A DNA stretch of 64,000 nucleotides from an uncultured Spirochaetota bacterium. GTDB taxonomy: Bacteria; Spirochaetota; Brevinematia; Brevinematales; JAOACQ01. Below are positions 9,091 through 18,295 of this stretch, piece by piece; positions within the stretch are counted from its first letter, which is position 1, and the number at the start of each line of letters is the position of its first letter. The notes beneath the pieces were generated by a model. It had not been told where the DNA came from. It saw only the letters and a program-made list of their open reading frames with translations, and ran no database searches. The translations under genes were made by a program, and so were the position numbers. The stretch is taken from contig CAVYGN010000002.1 of NCBI GenBank assembly GCA_963768055.1, forward strand, positions 834,268 through 898,267, written 5' to 3'.

Positions 9091-12000
9091 TAAAGCCTGG
9101 CGCGCACTCTCAAGCTCTTCCGAAAGGTCGGTCTTTTCAAGTTCGATTACGGCCTCGTTAAAATAACTCCTGGCTTTATTGAACTTCTTCCGCATTTTAT
9201 AAAGGATGCCGAGATTCATTGCTGATCGTCCATGGTGGCTATAGATGCCGCATTCTTTGGCAATCTCCAGGCTTTTTTCGAAGAACCTGACTGACCGTCC
9301 CCAGGCGAATGGCATGTTCATTATGATGAACGGCAGGTTTTTCAGGAGAATGTGTGCGGGAAACTTTACTTTTCCGGCGGCGATTCCCATGTATAAAGAT
9401 CCAAGAATGGAAGTAAAATTGGTTGTATAATATGACCAATTAGCCTTTTCATATGAAGCGATTAATTTCCCGAGTTTTTTTATTCCCTTATCGTATTCAT
9501 GATTTTTAAAAATAAGGAGTAATGAACGTAAAGCTTCTATCAGTGTTAGTTGACTTAAAAGGTGAACATTCCTGAAATAGCCTTCACAATTTTTAATGAC
9601 TTCCTCCGCTTCATTATACCGGCCAAGGTTTATTAATGCGATAGCTAACATTGGCTTATTAAAATTCAAATATAATGGCTCTACAGTTACCTTGGATTTG
9701 CTTGCAGAATCCATTAATTCGATAACTTTTATCCAGTTTTTGGCATAGTATTCAATATAGTAAAATGCTCCATATGCAAGCGAAATACATGTCGGATTAT
9801 TCCTTTTCTTTCCAAAATCAAGAATTTCCTGTCCTATTTGACTGGCATGCATTATTTCTCCGCGGCAGGCAAGGCAAATACCTTTTCCAAAAGCCGATTT
9901 TGCGAAAAGGTAGGGTTCTTCAGGTATCTCCCGGGAAAGCTTCATCCCTGCATCGCCATGTTCGATACACTCCGCCGGGTGCCCGCGAGTTATTCGGTCT
10001 GAAAGCCAGCAATTAGCATAGGCAAGAGCCCTTTTGTCGCCGGATTCCCGGGCAAGGCGAAGGGCTTCGTACTGATATTTCATCGAAAGATCATTTTCCA
10101 TCACAAAATCGAGGGCATATCCAAGCTCAGCGTAGAAGAGGGCCTTTGCTCCTTTATCGGGTATTGAATCAGCGTCCCTGACATGTTTCTTGAATAAACC
10201 GGTCCAGTCAAGGAATGTTCCGAGGTAGTAATGCGTGAATCCCCAGTCGTTCAAAAACCGGATGAGAACTGTGTTCTCCTCTTCAGTCCGGCCCGGTTTT
10301 GCTATTAAAATGTCGTATGCCTGGCGGTAGAAGTTGTTAGCTTCTGCCGATGCATACGACGCCATGCTCTTCCTGCCCGCCTTGACAAGGTATTCTACCG
10401 CCTTGTCAGAATCTCCCGATTTCTGGTAGTGGAAGGCTATAGTCTCGTAGAATTCCTCTATCCTATCCTTGAATACGACTTCCAGGAGCTGTGCTACACG
10501 CTGATGAATCGTCCCGCGGTCTTTTTTCAGAAGCGAGTTGTAAACAACATCGCGCAGTAGCGCGTGCTTGAAGAGGTAGGCTATGTCCGGTTCCCTGGCC
10601 TCTTCCCAGATCATACCGACGGATTCAAGGAACGCTAAGCAGTCGTCCAGTTCCCGGCTTAATTCCGTGACCCGCTTTAATAGCGAATAATAGAAGGATT
10701 GCCCGATTACGGAGGCGGCCTGGAGGACACGTTTAGCCGTCGGATCGAGCCGGTCTATCCGGGCTGTAATAACTCCCTGGATAGAAAGAGGGATGTCTGT
10801 TTCAGTCAGACTGCGTGTCAATTTCCATGCCCCTTCCTCGAAGGAAAGGGCTTTGGTCTCGATAAGGTTATTGATAATTTCTTCAATAAAGAAGGGCGTG
10901 CCGGAAATCTTTTTTATGAAATACTGCATCAATTCCCGGGGAACTTTATCCGATTCAAGGAGCGAGGCGATCATGCGTTCCTCGTTATCTGAACCGAGCG
11001 GCTGGAGGGCCAGCTCATAGAATTTAAATAATTCTTTTCCGGAACTTTTTTCGGGGCTGATACTAATGCCAGGCCGATGTAAGCAAAGAAAAACTGCCGG
11101 AGCGTCCAATTCTTGAAAAAGTGTCTGCAGAATTTCGAGGGAAGAAGGGTCAGCCCAGTGAAGATCATCGAAATAGAAGATGGTTTTACCCGATCGGGCT
11201 ATCCCGATAACGAGGCTGATTATACTGTTTGATATGTTCATTTTCAGAGAACCGGGGTCGATCCCCTTGGTTTCAGGGTAGTTTATGGAATAAAGGGCCG
11301 CAATGAAGGGTATGATGCTTTCCTCCCTGCAGTACTGCACGATGCCCTTTAATTTTTGATGGACCTGATCCTTTGAATCGCTTTCCTCTATTGAAAGGAG
11401 CCTGTTTACGAAGTCTATCCAAAACGAATATGCGATGTTCTCCGCATGTGAATAGGCGAAGGCCTCAAACCACCTGTAGCCGTCCATAGATTCAGCCCGT
11501 ATCCTGATTTCGGAAACAAGCCGGCTCTTCCCGGTCCCCGCATCGCCCGAGACGGATATTATTGAACCTTTTCCCGAGGCCAGAGCCTGCATTGCACTTA
11601 CAAGCTCGTCTATTTCCTGCTCACGCCCGATAAACCGGGCTTTACGGCCCCGAAGCCGCCTGAATGTGTCGGCTGCCTTTTTATGTCCTATGATCCTGTA
11701 GGGGTTGAGAGATTCCGACTTACCCTTCACCGAAACAGGCGGCAAAGCCTCGAATTCGAAGTGCCAGTCCGCGAGTGTGAAGGTATCATGGCCGACAACG
11801 ATTTCGCCCTGCTTTGCTACCCCGGAAAGCCTGGAAGCGACATTTACCGTATCTCCGATTATCTTTTCAGAGCCCTTTTCGATGTCGAGATCTCCTGAAA
11901 CGACCATCCCGGTGTTTATCCCGGTATGCATGGCGAGTTTCCTGCCTATTTTCGCCTCAAGCTCGGGGGTGTTGAGCGCGTCGACAGCCGCATGTATATC

Positions 12001-12351
12001 CATGGCGGCATGGATCGCCCTGACCGCGTCGTCTTCATTTGCCTGCGGTATCCCGAAGACCGCCATGACGCAGTCTCCGATAAACTTGTCGACCCGGCCT
12101 CCGTATTTATTTACTATGGAGGCCGATTTGCTCAATATCCCCTGCATTATGTCTTTTACTTCCTCGGGGTCGAGCCGCTCCGACATGGCCGTGAAGCCGG
12201 AGAGATCGGCGAAGAAGATTGTGGCCTGCTTTTTCTCCTCTACGGGGGAGTCCTGCGCTTTTGAAAATCCCTCTTCCGAAAGTTTAGTGCCGCATTCGCT
12301 GCAGAATTTGTTCGTGTCAGGATTATACGTCCGGCAGATAATACAGATCAT
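9079..12351 (-). CDS. Zn-ribbon + class III adenylate/guanylate cyclase (CHD) + AAA_16 STAND-like NTPase + TPR multidomain protein
   Basis: N-terminal CxxC...CxxC ribbon. Cyclase motifs (FFADLSGFT, GDCVMAVFG, IGDTVNVASRL). Walker A GDAGTGKS and Walker B FYFDDLHWAD. C-terminal 450 aa of TPR-like helical repeats. 1090 aa. Confidence 0.8.
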   Translation of the reverse strand: MICIICRTYNPDTNKFCSECGTKLSEEGFSKAQDSPVEEKKQATIFFADLSGFTAMSERLDPEEVKDIMQGILSKSASIVNKYGGRVDKFIGDCVMAVFGIPQANEDDAVRAIHAAMDIHAAVDALNTPELEAKIGRKLAMHTGINTGMVVSGDLDIEKGSEKIIGDTVNVASRLSGVAKQGEIVVGHDTFTLADWHFEFEALPPVSVKGKSESLNPYRIIGHKKAADTFRRLRGRKARFIGREQEIDELVSAMQALASGKGSIISVSGDAGTGKSRLVSEIRIRAESMDGYRWFEAFAYSHAENIAYSFWIDFVNRLLSIEESDSKDQVHQKLKGIVQYCREESIIPFIAALYSINYPETKGIDPGSLKMNISNSIISLVIGIARSGKTIFYFDDLHWADPSSLEILQTLFQELDAPAVFLCLHRPGISISPEKSSGKELFKFYELALQPLGSDNEERMIASLLESDKVPRELMQYFIKKISGTPFFIEEIINNLIETKALSFEEGAWKLTRSLTETDIPLSIQGVITARIDRLDPTAKRVLQAASVIGQSFYYSLLKRVTELSRELDDCLAFLESVGMIWEEAREPDIAYLFKHALLRDVVYNSLLKKDRGTIHQRVAQLLEVVFKDRIEEFYETIAFHYQKSGDSDKAVEYLVKAGRKSMASYASAEANNFYRQAYDILIAKPGRTEEENTVLIRFLNDWGFTHYYLGTFLDWTGLFKKHVRDADSIPDKGAKALFYAELGYALDFVMENDLSMKYQYEALRLARESGDKRALAYANCWLSDRITRGHPAECIEHGDAGMKLSREIPEEPYLFAKSAFGKGICLACRGEIMHASQIGQEILDFGKKRNNPTCISLAYGAFYYIEYYAKNWIKVIELMDSASKSKVTVEPLYLNFNKPMLAIALINLGRYNEAEEVIKNCEGYFRNVHLLSQLTLIEALRSLLLIFKNHEYDKGIKKLGKLIASYEKANWSYYTTNFTSILGSLYMGIAAGKVKFPAHILLKNLPFIIMNMPFAWGRSVRFFEKSLEIAKECGIYSHHGRSAMNLGILYKMRKKFNKARSYFNEAVIELEKTDLSEELESARQALSGL

Positions 12352-12548
12352 ATAATCTCCTTATAATTTCCGAATGCTGTTCAACTAAAACAAGAACTAC
12401 TCTAATGAGATGGATAATATTTGTCAAGCCCTAAAAATGATCTTGCAGGGGCAGGACTCTTGCATAATTTGGCGGATAACTTTGCCTTATTTCGAGGATA
12501 TTGGCAAGCAAATGGTATAAACACCACAACCTTAATATTCGGCGGAAA

Positions 12549-13550
12549 TTATATTCCCGATAATAATTCCATTGCCTCTTTTTCTTTTTCAGCTAACTTC
12601 ACAAAAATTTCAGATGCCTGGTTTATATATTCAACATTTTGTGTTTCCCCTGTTTTGTTAAACAATGTTGAAACCTTTGTCCAGAAATCTGCTGATTCAG
12701 AGAATATCTTATATGCTTCATCAATTTCCCTTATATTCAGCAATTTATAGCTTTCCTTCAAAAAGCCCCTGTATAAATTTCTAAACAAAGCTCCGCCCGT
12801 TCCTCCTTTTTCCATGAGCATTGCGGTTGTTTTAAAATCCCTTTCAATATTCCTGCTGTTTTTAAACCATTTTTTGATTTCTTCACTCGCTTTTAATACT
12901 CCTTTATATCCGATATTCTTTATCGGTGGATTCAAATAATCCGTTGCATTATTTATTATTGCCGTAATGACGGATTCCTTAAGGTTATAATCTTTTTTAA
13001 AGCCTCGAATCGTATAACTTAAATTCTTTGAAGACATGGGACCTTTTTCATTTCTCGCCAGCTCAAGATTTTTTAATGATGTTTTTACTTTGCTGCCCTG
13101 TTGTTTTGTATCAACCAGATAAGCGAAGTTGTCATCATATCCGTACATCGCCACATAGTGCCCGGCAAAGTGTATTTTATTAGTGAAATAATCCAAATGA
13201 TAACAATCAAGCTTAAGACCAACTGCAATATTTCTATCGATATTATTTTTAACATTTTTCCAGGCTTTTTTTGATGATGCGGTTTCCTCAATTTCCAGCT
13301 TTAAATTCAAATTTTTAACAATGTTTTGAGTTAAAGCATCCGGTTTTATTCTTCCGCCGATAAAAGGGAAATCCATTATTTTCATATTCCAGAATATAAA
13401 TCCCAATCCCTCTCCTAAACCAAAAAGCATAGGCTCGGAAAGATCGATTCCAATTTGAATTAGAAGCGACCCGGTTGAGGTAGTTTCACAATGCTGACCG
13501 TTATACGGTTTAAAATCTTTGATTATGTTTTCCATATTCTCCCCTTTCAA
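12549..13550 (-). CDS. BtrH_N (papain-like/C39-like) + DUF4872 family protein
   Basis: The N-terminal NGQHCETTSTGSLL motif is typical of the BtrH N-terminal domain. Overall 333 aa, no signal peptide. Same strand as, and 197 nt upstream of, the cyclase-STAND gene. Confidence 0.55.
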   Translation of the reverse strand: MKGENMENIIKDFKPYNGQHCETTSTGSLLIQIGIDLSEPMLFGLGEGLGFIFWNMKIMDFPFIGGRIKPDALTQNIVKNLNLKLEIEETASSKKAWKNVKNNIDRNIAVGLKLDCYHLDYFTNKIHFAGHYVAMYGYDDNFAYLVDTKQQGSKVKTSLKNLELARNEKGPMSSKNLSYTIRGFKKDYNLKESVITAIINNATDYLNPPIKNIGYKGVLKASEEIKKWFKNSRNIERDFKTTAMLMEKGGTGGALFRNLYRGFLKESYKLLNIREIDEAYKIFSESADFWTKVSTLFNKTGETQNVEYINQASEIFVKLAEKEKEAMELLSGI

Positions 13551-13790
13551 ATCAAAAGCAGTATTATTATATAAAGTTCTCTCTTTTTTATCTCCTTGTT
13601 TTGTTTATTACTGATTATACAACATATTACCTGACAGCATTATGTCAGGGTATAAAAATTCCCGTTAAAAATGAGCAAACTTTTGATCCCCGCCGGGGGC
13701 ATCTGCGTCATCTGCGCGAACTTCAGGAAACTATGGACGATATCCTGTCTTCCGCCTTTTCACTTTTTTGAAACACGCGGTTGATCAAAT

Positions 13791-14150
13791 CTATCTTGCT
13801 TTTCGCTTTTGTTTTTGATAAATGCTATAAATATGATTACGGACGGTCAGGACTGAAATTTTCAGAGCCGATGCCGTCATTTTATTTGAATAGCCCCTCG
13901 CTATCAGATCCACGATTTCCTTTTCCCTGGCCGTCAATCCATATTGGCTGGAAAAGCTGCCTGGATCCGTTTCCATTGTCAGTTGTGTTTTATCGGAAAA
14001 AAAGTACTTATAGAAAAAAATAACATTCAGGAGGTTCAACATAAAATAATAAAGATTTATAAAAGAAACAGGACTTAAACTACTGCTGAAATAATAATTC
14101 AAGGAATATTCCAATATCCAGACAGGTATAAAAGTGATATTATAACCCAT
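13791..14150 (-). CDS. LuxR/GerE-type HTH regulator (start uncertain; minimal 61-aa form from 13976)
   Basis: C-terminal LTAREKEIVDLIARGYSNKMTASALKISVLTVRNHIYSIYQK is a canonical LuxR-type HTH. The upstream part of the ORF is Arg-rich or hydrophobic and of doubtful coding value. Confidence 0.5.
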   Translation of the reverse strand: MGYNITFIPVWILEYSLNYYFSSSLSPVSFINLYYFMLNLLNVIFFYKYFFSDKTQLTMETDPGSFSSQYGLTAREKEIVDLIARGYSNKMTASALKISVLTVRNHIYSIYQKQKRKAR

Positions 14151-14427
14151 GAAAACTAACAATACTTTTTTCTTTTCCCTGATCTTGATATTCTTTAACT
14201 GACTGCGGAATCTACGGCCGGAGAATGGCGGTATACTTTTACGGGAAAAACGGGACAATAGTCTGCCGGGGCTTGTCCCGGCATATCCGTTTTGCCGGGG
14301 GCGGTACTCGCGCCTCATTTAAGGCGTTTTTCGCTGCCGTAAAAATCAAAAAACATTTGCATTAATTAATTCATTATATTATTATTTATAAAACATAATC
14401 TCCTTGTATATAATGAGTTAGGAGGAT

Positions 14428-16554
14428 ATGAATATAAATGTAACTATGGAGGTTAAAATGGCTAAGAATCTTTCAAATGGTTTTAGTAAAATTGCAGGAG
14501 GATTTGATCATAGTTTAGCGCAGAAAAATGACGGTACGTTATGGGTAACGGGAAGAAACAGATATAGCCAGCTTGAAACCGGAAATATTAATATTTTTTA
14601 CAACTGGGTGCAGGTGTTAAGCGACATCCGGTCTGTTACAGGAGGAGGTTCTCATAGTTTAGCCCTGAAAATTGACGGTACGTTATGGGCGACGGGTAAA
14701 AACGAATACGGCCAGCTCGGCAACGGGAATAATGAGGATGCCTACTACTGGGTTAAAGTACTCAGCGGGGTCAGTCTCGTTGACGGAGGGGAGTTTCACA
14801 GCTTGGCGTTGAAAAGCGATGGTACTTTATGGGTGACGGGGAGAAACGAGTGTGGCCAACTCGGCAACGGGAATAATAATGACACCGGGAAATGGTTGCA
14901 GGTATTAAGCGAAGTCAGTTCTATGGCTGCGGGATCCAGTTATACTTTAGCGCTGAAAAATGACGGCACGTTATGGGCGACAGGAAGGAATGAGTATGGG
15001 CAGTTTGGTACAGGGAATCATAATGATACCAGCAACTGGGTGCAGGTATTAAGCGGGGTCAGTTCCATGGCTGCAGGATATTATCATAGTTTAGTGTTGA
15101 AGAATGACGGCACGTTATGGGCGGCTGGAGTTAACCACAATGGCCAGCTTGGAACCGGGAATAATAATGATACCAGCAGCTGGGTGCAGGTATTAAGCGG
15201 GGTCAGTTCCATGGCTGCGGGATATTATCATAGTTTAGTGTTGAAGAATGACGGCACGTTATGGGCGGCTGGCGATAATAGACATGGCCAGCTCGGCATG
15301 GATTCTAATAATACCAACAACAACTGGGTGCAGGTATTAAGCGGGGTCAGATCCATGGCTGCGGGATATTACCATAGTTTGGCGCTGAAAAGTGACGGCA
15401 CGTTATGGGCGGCCGGGAATAACCACAATGGCCAGCTTGGCACCGGGAATGATAGTAATGCCGGCAGGTGGGTCCAGGTTTTAAACGGTGTCAGTTCAAT
15501 CGCCGCAGGATATTACCATAGTTTGGTGCTGAAAAATAACGGTACGCTATGGGTAGCGGGAGAAAACTCTGCCGGGCAGCTTGGAACGGGAAACGGTATT
15601 GAATCCAACAACTGGGAACAAATTGCAAATATCATCGCTTCCTTTGCAGGAGGATTTGATCATAGCCTGGTGTTGAAAATTGACGGTTCCTTGTGGGTAA
15701 CGGGGAGAAACCAATATGGCCAGCTTGGCGTGGGGAATAATAATTATGCCGGCAGATTGGTGCAGGTATTAAGCGGAGTCAATTCCATCGCTGCAGGGGA
15801 TAGTTTTAGTTTGGCTTTGAAGAATGACGGCACATTATGGGCGACGGGCAGGAACGAATATGGGGAACTTGGCATCGGGAATAATAATGATACCGTCAGC
15901 TGGGTACAGACATTAAGCGGAGTCAGTTCCGTTGCCGCGGGGGATAATTTTAGTTTGGCGTTGAAAAGTGACGGCACATTGTGGGCGGCGGGAAATAACA
16001 AAAATGGCCAGCTTGGCACCGGGGATAATAATAACGCCGTCAGCTGGGTGCAGGTTTTAAACGGCGTCGGTTCCATTGCCGCAGGATATTATCATTGCTT
16101 AGCTTTAAAAAATGATGGTACATTGTGGGCGTCAGGAGATAACGAATATGGCCAGCTTGGCACCGGGAACCAAAATGATGCCGGTAAATGGGCGCAGGTT
16201 TTAAGCGGCGTCGGTTCCATTGCCGCAGGGATGTATCATAGTTTAGCCTTGAAAAGTGACGGCACGTTGTGGGTGACGGGAAATAACGAATATGGCCAGC
16301 TTGGCACGGGCAATAATAACAATATCAAAAAATGGGTGAAAGTATTAAGCCAGGTCGGTTCCATAGCAGCCGGAACTGATCATAGTTTGGCGCTGAAGAA
16401 CGACGGCACAATGTGGATGGCAGGGGATAACCGTTATGGCCAGCTTGGAACCGGGAATAATAAAAATTCAAACTCTTGGATAAAAGAGGCTATAGATTCT
16501 CTGCCGGGGGCGGGACTCGAACCCGCACAGGCAATGACGCCCGAGGGATTTTAA
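14428..16554 (+). CDS. RCC1 (regulator of chromosome condensation)-repeat beta-propeller protein, at least 13 repeats
   Basis: Reiterated about 50-aa units (WVQVLSGVSSMAAGYYHSLVLKNDGTLWAAGNNHNGQLGTGNNND). No signal peptide. The ORF lacks a stop before tRNA-Leu and reads about 50 nt into it. Confidence 0.75.
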   Translation: MNINVTMEVKMAKNLSNGFSKIAGGFDHSLAQKNDGTLWVTGRNRYSQLETGNINIFYNWVQVLSDIRSVTGGGSHSLALKIDGTLWATGKNEYGQLGNGNNEDAYYWVKVLSGVSLVDGGEFHSLALKSDGTLWVTGRNECGQLGNGNNNDTGKWLQVLSEVSSMAAGSSYTLALKNDGTLWATGRNEYGQFGTGNHNDTSNWVQVLSGVSSMAAGYYHSLVLKNDGTLWAAGVNHNGQLGTGNNNDTSSWVQVLSGVSSMAAGYYHSLVLKNDGTLWAAGDNRHGQLGMDSNNTNNNWVQVLSGVRSMAAGYYHSLALKSDGTLWAAGNNHNGQLGTGNDSNAGRWVQVLNGVSSIAAGYYHSLVLKNNGTLWVAGENSAGQLGTGNGIESNNWEQIANIIASFAGGFDHSLVLKIDGSLWVTGRNQYGQLGVGNNNYAGRLVQVLSGVNSIAAGDSFSLALKNDGTLWATGRNEYGELGIGNNNDTVSWVQTLSGVSSVAAGDNFSLALKSDGTLWAAGNNKNGQLGTGDNNNAVSWVQVLNGVGSIAAGYYHCLALKNDGTLWASGDNEYGQLGTGNQNDAGKWAQVLSGVGSIAAGMYHSLALKSDGTLWVTGNNEYGQLGTGNNNNIKKWVKVLSQVGSIAAGTDHSLALKNDGTMWMAGDNRYGQLGTGNNKNSNSWIKEAIDSLPGAGLEPAQAMTPEGF
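14500..16470 (+). repeat. Intragenic tandem repeats (about 150-nt period) with several near-identical nucleotide copies
   Basis: For example 15043-15125 and 15183-15265 are almost identical at the DNA level, which implies recent expansion or conversion. Confidence 0.6.
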
Positions 16555-16587
16555 GTCCCTTGTGTCTACCAATTCCACCACCTCGGC
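16502..16587 (-). tRNA. tRNA-Leu (anticodon UAA), type II with long variable arm
   Basis: Reverse complement folds as GCCGAGG acceptor, D-arm GGUGGAAUUGGUAGAC, anticodon loop CUUAAAA, long variable arm, T-arm GCGGGUUCGAGUCCCGC, discriminator A. Confidence 0.85.
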
Positions 16588-16596
16588 ACATTGAAT

Positions 16597-16669
16597 AGGG
16601 GATGGTCGGAATTGAACCGACGAATAGCGGTTTTGCAGACCGCCGCCTTAGCCACTTGGCTACATCCCC
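16597..16669 (-). tRNA. tRNA-Cys (anticodon GCA)
   Basis: Reverse complement has GGGGAUG acceptor, anticodon loop CUGCAAA, T-arm GUCGGUUCAAUUCCGAC and U73 discriminator, which is characteristic of tRNA-Cys. Confidence 0.85.
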
Positions 16670-16706
16670 ATAGGGGATAAAATTATAATAAGCTTTGGGG
16701 GCTGTG

Positions 16707-16907
16707 TCAATTTTCTTTAAGACCGGCTTTAATTGTTTTACTTAAGAAATCCGAAAACATCTGCGTAATTTCGGCCGCCTTTTCCTTAACGACCATTTTG
16801 TGGCCCGATTGAAAAACGACTATAGTATCCGGCGTTTCTTCCACGAACTCTACAAGAAACATGTTGACAGTAAATTTAGTGTTGTTCAATCGCGTCAATT
16901 CGATCAT
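16707..16907 (-). CDS. flbD: Flagellar protein FlbD
   Basis: MIELTRLNNTKFTVNMFLVEFVEETPDTIVVFQSGHKMVV is a full-length FlbD match. Downstream of flgE. Confidence 0.8.
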   Translation of the reverse strand: MIELTRLNNTKFTVNMFLVEFVEETPDTIVVFQSGHKMVVKEKAAEITQMFSDFLSKTIKAGLKEN

Positions 16908-16918
16908 ATCCTAACCGG

Positions 16919-18283
16919 CTATCTCTTAAGGTTGAGGATTTCCCTTAGCATGTCGTCGGAAGTCGTTACAACCCTTGAATTTGCCTGGAATCCCCTTTCT
17001 GTTACAATCATATCCGTAAAGGTTTCGGAAAGGTCGACATTGCTCATTTCAAGCGCTCCGGCATAAATCCTTCCCCTTCCCTGAGTACCGGCAGTACCGG
17101 TATTCGCCATGCCCGAGTTGTTGGACTCCGTATAGAGGCTTTCCCCTTCCTTGGTCAGACCCATCGGGTTTGTGAAGGCGGCGATGGCCACCTGTCCGAT
17201 GGTTCTGCGTTCGCCGTTCGAATAAGACCCGGTGATAGTCCCTGAATCGTCAATCTTGAAGGATTCGAGGTAAGACATTTCATAGCCGTCCTGGAAATAG
17301 GCTTTTGTAGTCGTAGGAGAGCTGAATTGCGTTACCGAGTCAGTCACCTGGCCTACATTTCCGAGCTCGAGATTGAAATTCCTGGTTTGCCCGTCGGGGA
17401 GCGTGTAAGCGATAGTTGTAGTAAGCTGTCCCGTGTTAAGGGTCGTTGGAGCCGCTCCGGCCCCCTCCTGTATGGAGAGAAGGGTTCCGTTAGTATTGAA
17501 ATTCATAAGAAGTGAATTATTGGAATCGGCTTTGACGGTCCCGACATTTACCTTGATGGCGTTGTCGGGGATGCCGTCGATCGTCACATTTGCTTTCCAC
17601 TGGTTCAGTCCCATTTTCTGAAAATTAACGACCATTCTTCTTTTTGTTCCGTATCTGTCCACTACGTCTATGCTCGTCGAGTGAGTGTTCTGGATAAGTT
17701 CGTCAGGTGTAGGATTGGGCCCTAGAAGCGGGGTTTTCAGATCAAGGTTGCTCTTCATCCTGACAACTCCGGTTTCCCTGGCTTCAAGCTTTTCCATTAT
17801 AGGTATTTTCATATCGTCAAGGGGCGCAGCGGTATTGATGAAGCGGTCTCCGTTCTGAAGCGTTACGGCATTCCAGCCCTGAACCTTCAAACCGTTAGGG
17901 TTTACAAGAAGGCCGTCCCTGTCAAGTAAAAAGTTTCCCGATCTGGTATAGAAAGTCCTGTCCCCCAGCTTCATAGTAAAAAAGCCTTCGCCTGTAATTG
18001 CAAGGTCCGTATTTTTGCCGGTGGTTTGAATACTCCCCTGGTTCATCAGCGTATCGATGCTTGCAATGGACATGCCCAGGCCTACCTGTTCGGGATTCAA
18101 GCCGCCCCGTTCCTCGGAGGGTTTAGCCGCTCCTGTAAGCGTCTGCGATAAAATATCCTGGAAGGTCATCCTTCCTTTCTTAAATCCGGTTGTATTTACA
18201 TTTGCTACGTTGTTACCGATAACATCCATCCTGGCCTGATGGTTTTGAAGGCCGGATACTGCGGAATAAAGCGATCTCATCAT
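16919..18283 (-). CDS. flgE: Flagellar hook protein FlgE
   Basis: N-terminal MMRSLYSAVSGLQNHQARMDVIGNNVANVNTTGFK and C-terminal ...RVVTTSDDMLREILNLKR are conserved rod/hook termini. Confidence 0.9.
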   Translation of the reverse strand: MMRSLYSAVSGLQNHQARMDVIGNNVANVNTTGFKKGRMTFQDILSQTLTGAAKPSEERGGLNPEQVGLGMSIASIDTLMNQGSIQTTGKNTDLAITGEGFFTMKLGDRTFYTRSGNFLLDRDGLLVNPNGLKVQGWNAVTLQNGDRFINTAAPLDDMKIPIMEKLEARETGVVRMKSNLDLKTPLLGPNPTPDELIQNTHSTSIDVVDRYGTKRRMVVNFQKMGLNQWKANVTIDGIPDNAIKVNVGTVKADSNNSLLMNFNTNGTLLSIQEGAGAAPTTLNTGQLTTTIAYTLPDGQTRNFNLELGNVGQVTDSVTQFSSPTTTKAYFQDGYEMSYLESFKIDDSGTITGSYSNGERRTIGQVAIAAFTNPMGLTKEGESLYTESNNSGMANTGTAGTQGRGRIYAGALEMSNVDLSETFTDMIVTERGFQANSRVVTTSDDMLREILNLKR

Positions 18284-18295
18284 AGGTTTTTCTCC

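Noticed and set aside
11705-12355. 216-aa plus-strand ORF (and 112-aa ORF at 11926-12264) antisense to the cyclase gene
   Set aside because: They are shadow ORFs within the GC-richer part of the cyclase gene, where stop codons are rare on all frames. They have no recognisable domains.
13781-14023. 80-aa plus-strand ORF overlapping the LuxR/GerE-type gene
   Set aside because: It is antisense to the HTH-encoding region. It has no SD and no motifs.
14428-16554. The RCC1 repeat region as a CRISPR-like or other non-coding tandem array
   Set aside because: The repeats are about 150 nt, in frame, and translate to canonical RCC1 blades. There are no short direct repeats with unique spacers anywhere in the window.
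16502-16669. An integrase or prophage attached to the tRNA-Leu/tRNA-Cys pair
   Set aside because: No integrase, recombinase, transposase or phage structural gene is detectable in the flanks. Only the compositional and gene-decay signals remain, and these are reported as an island hypothesis.
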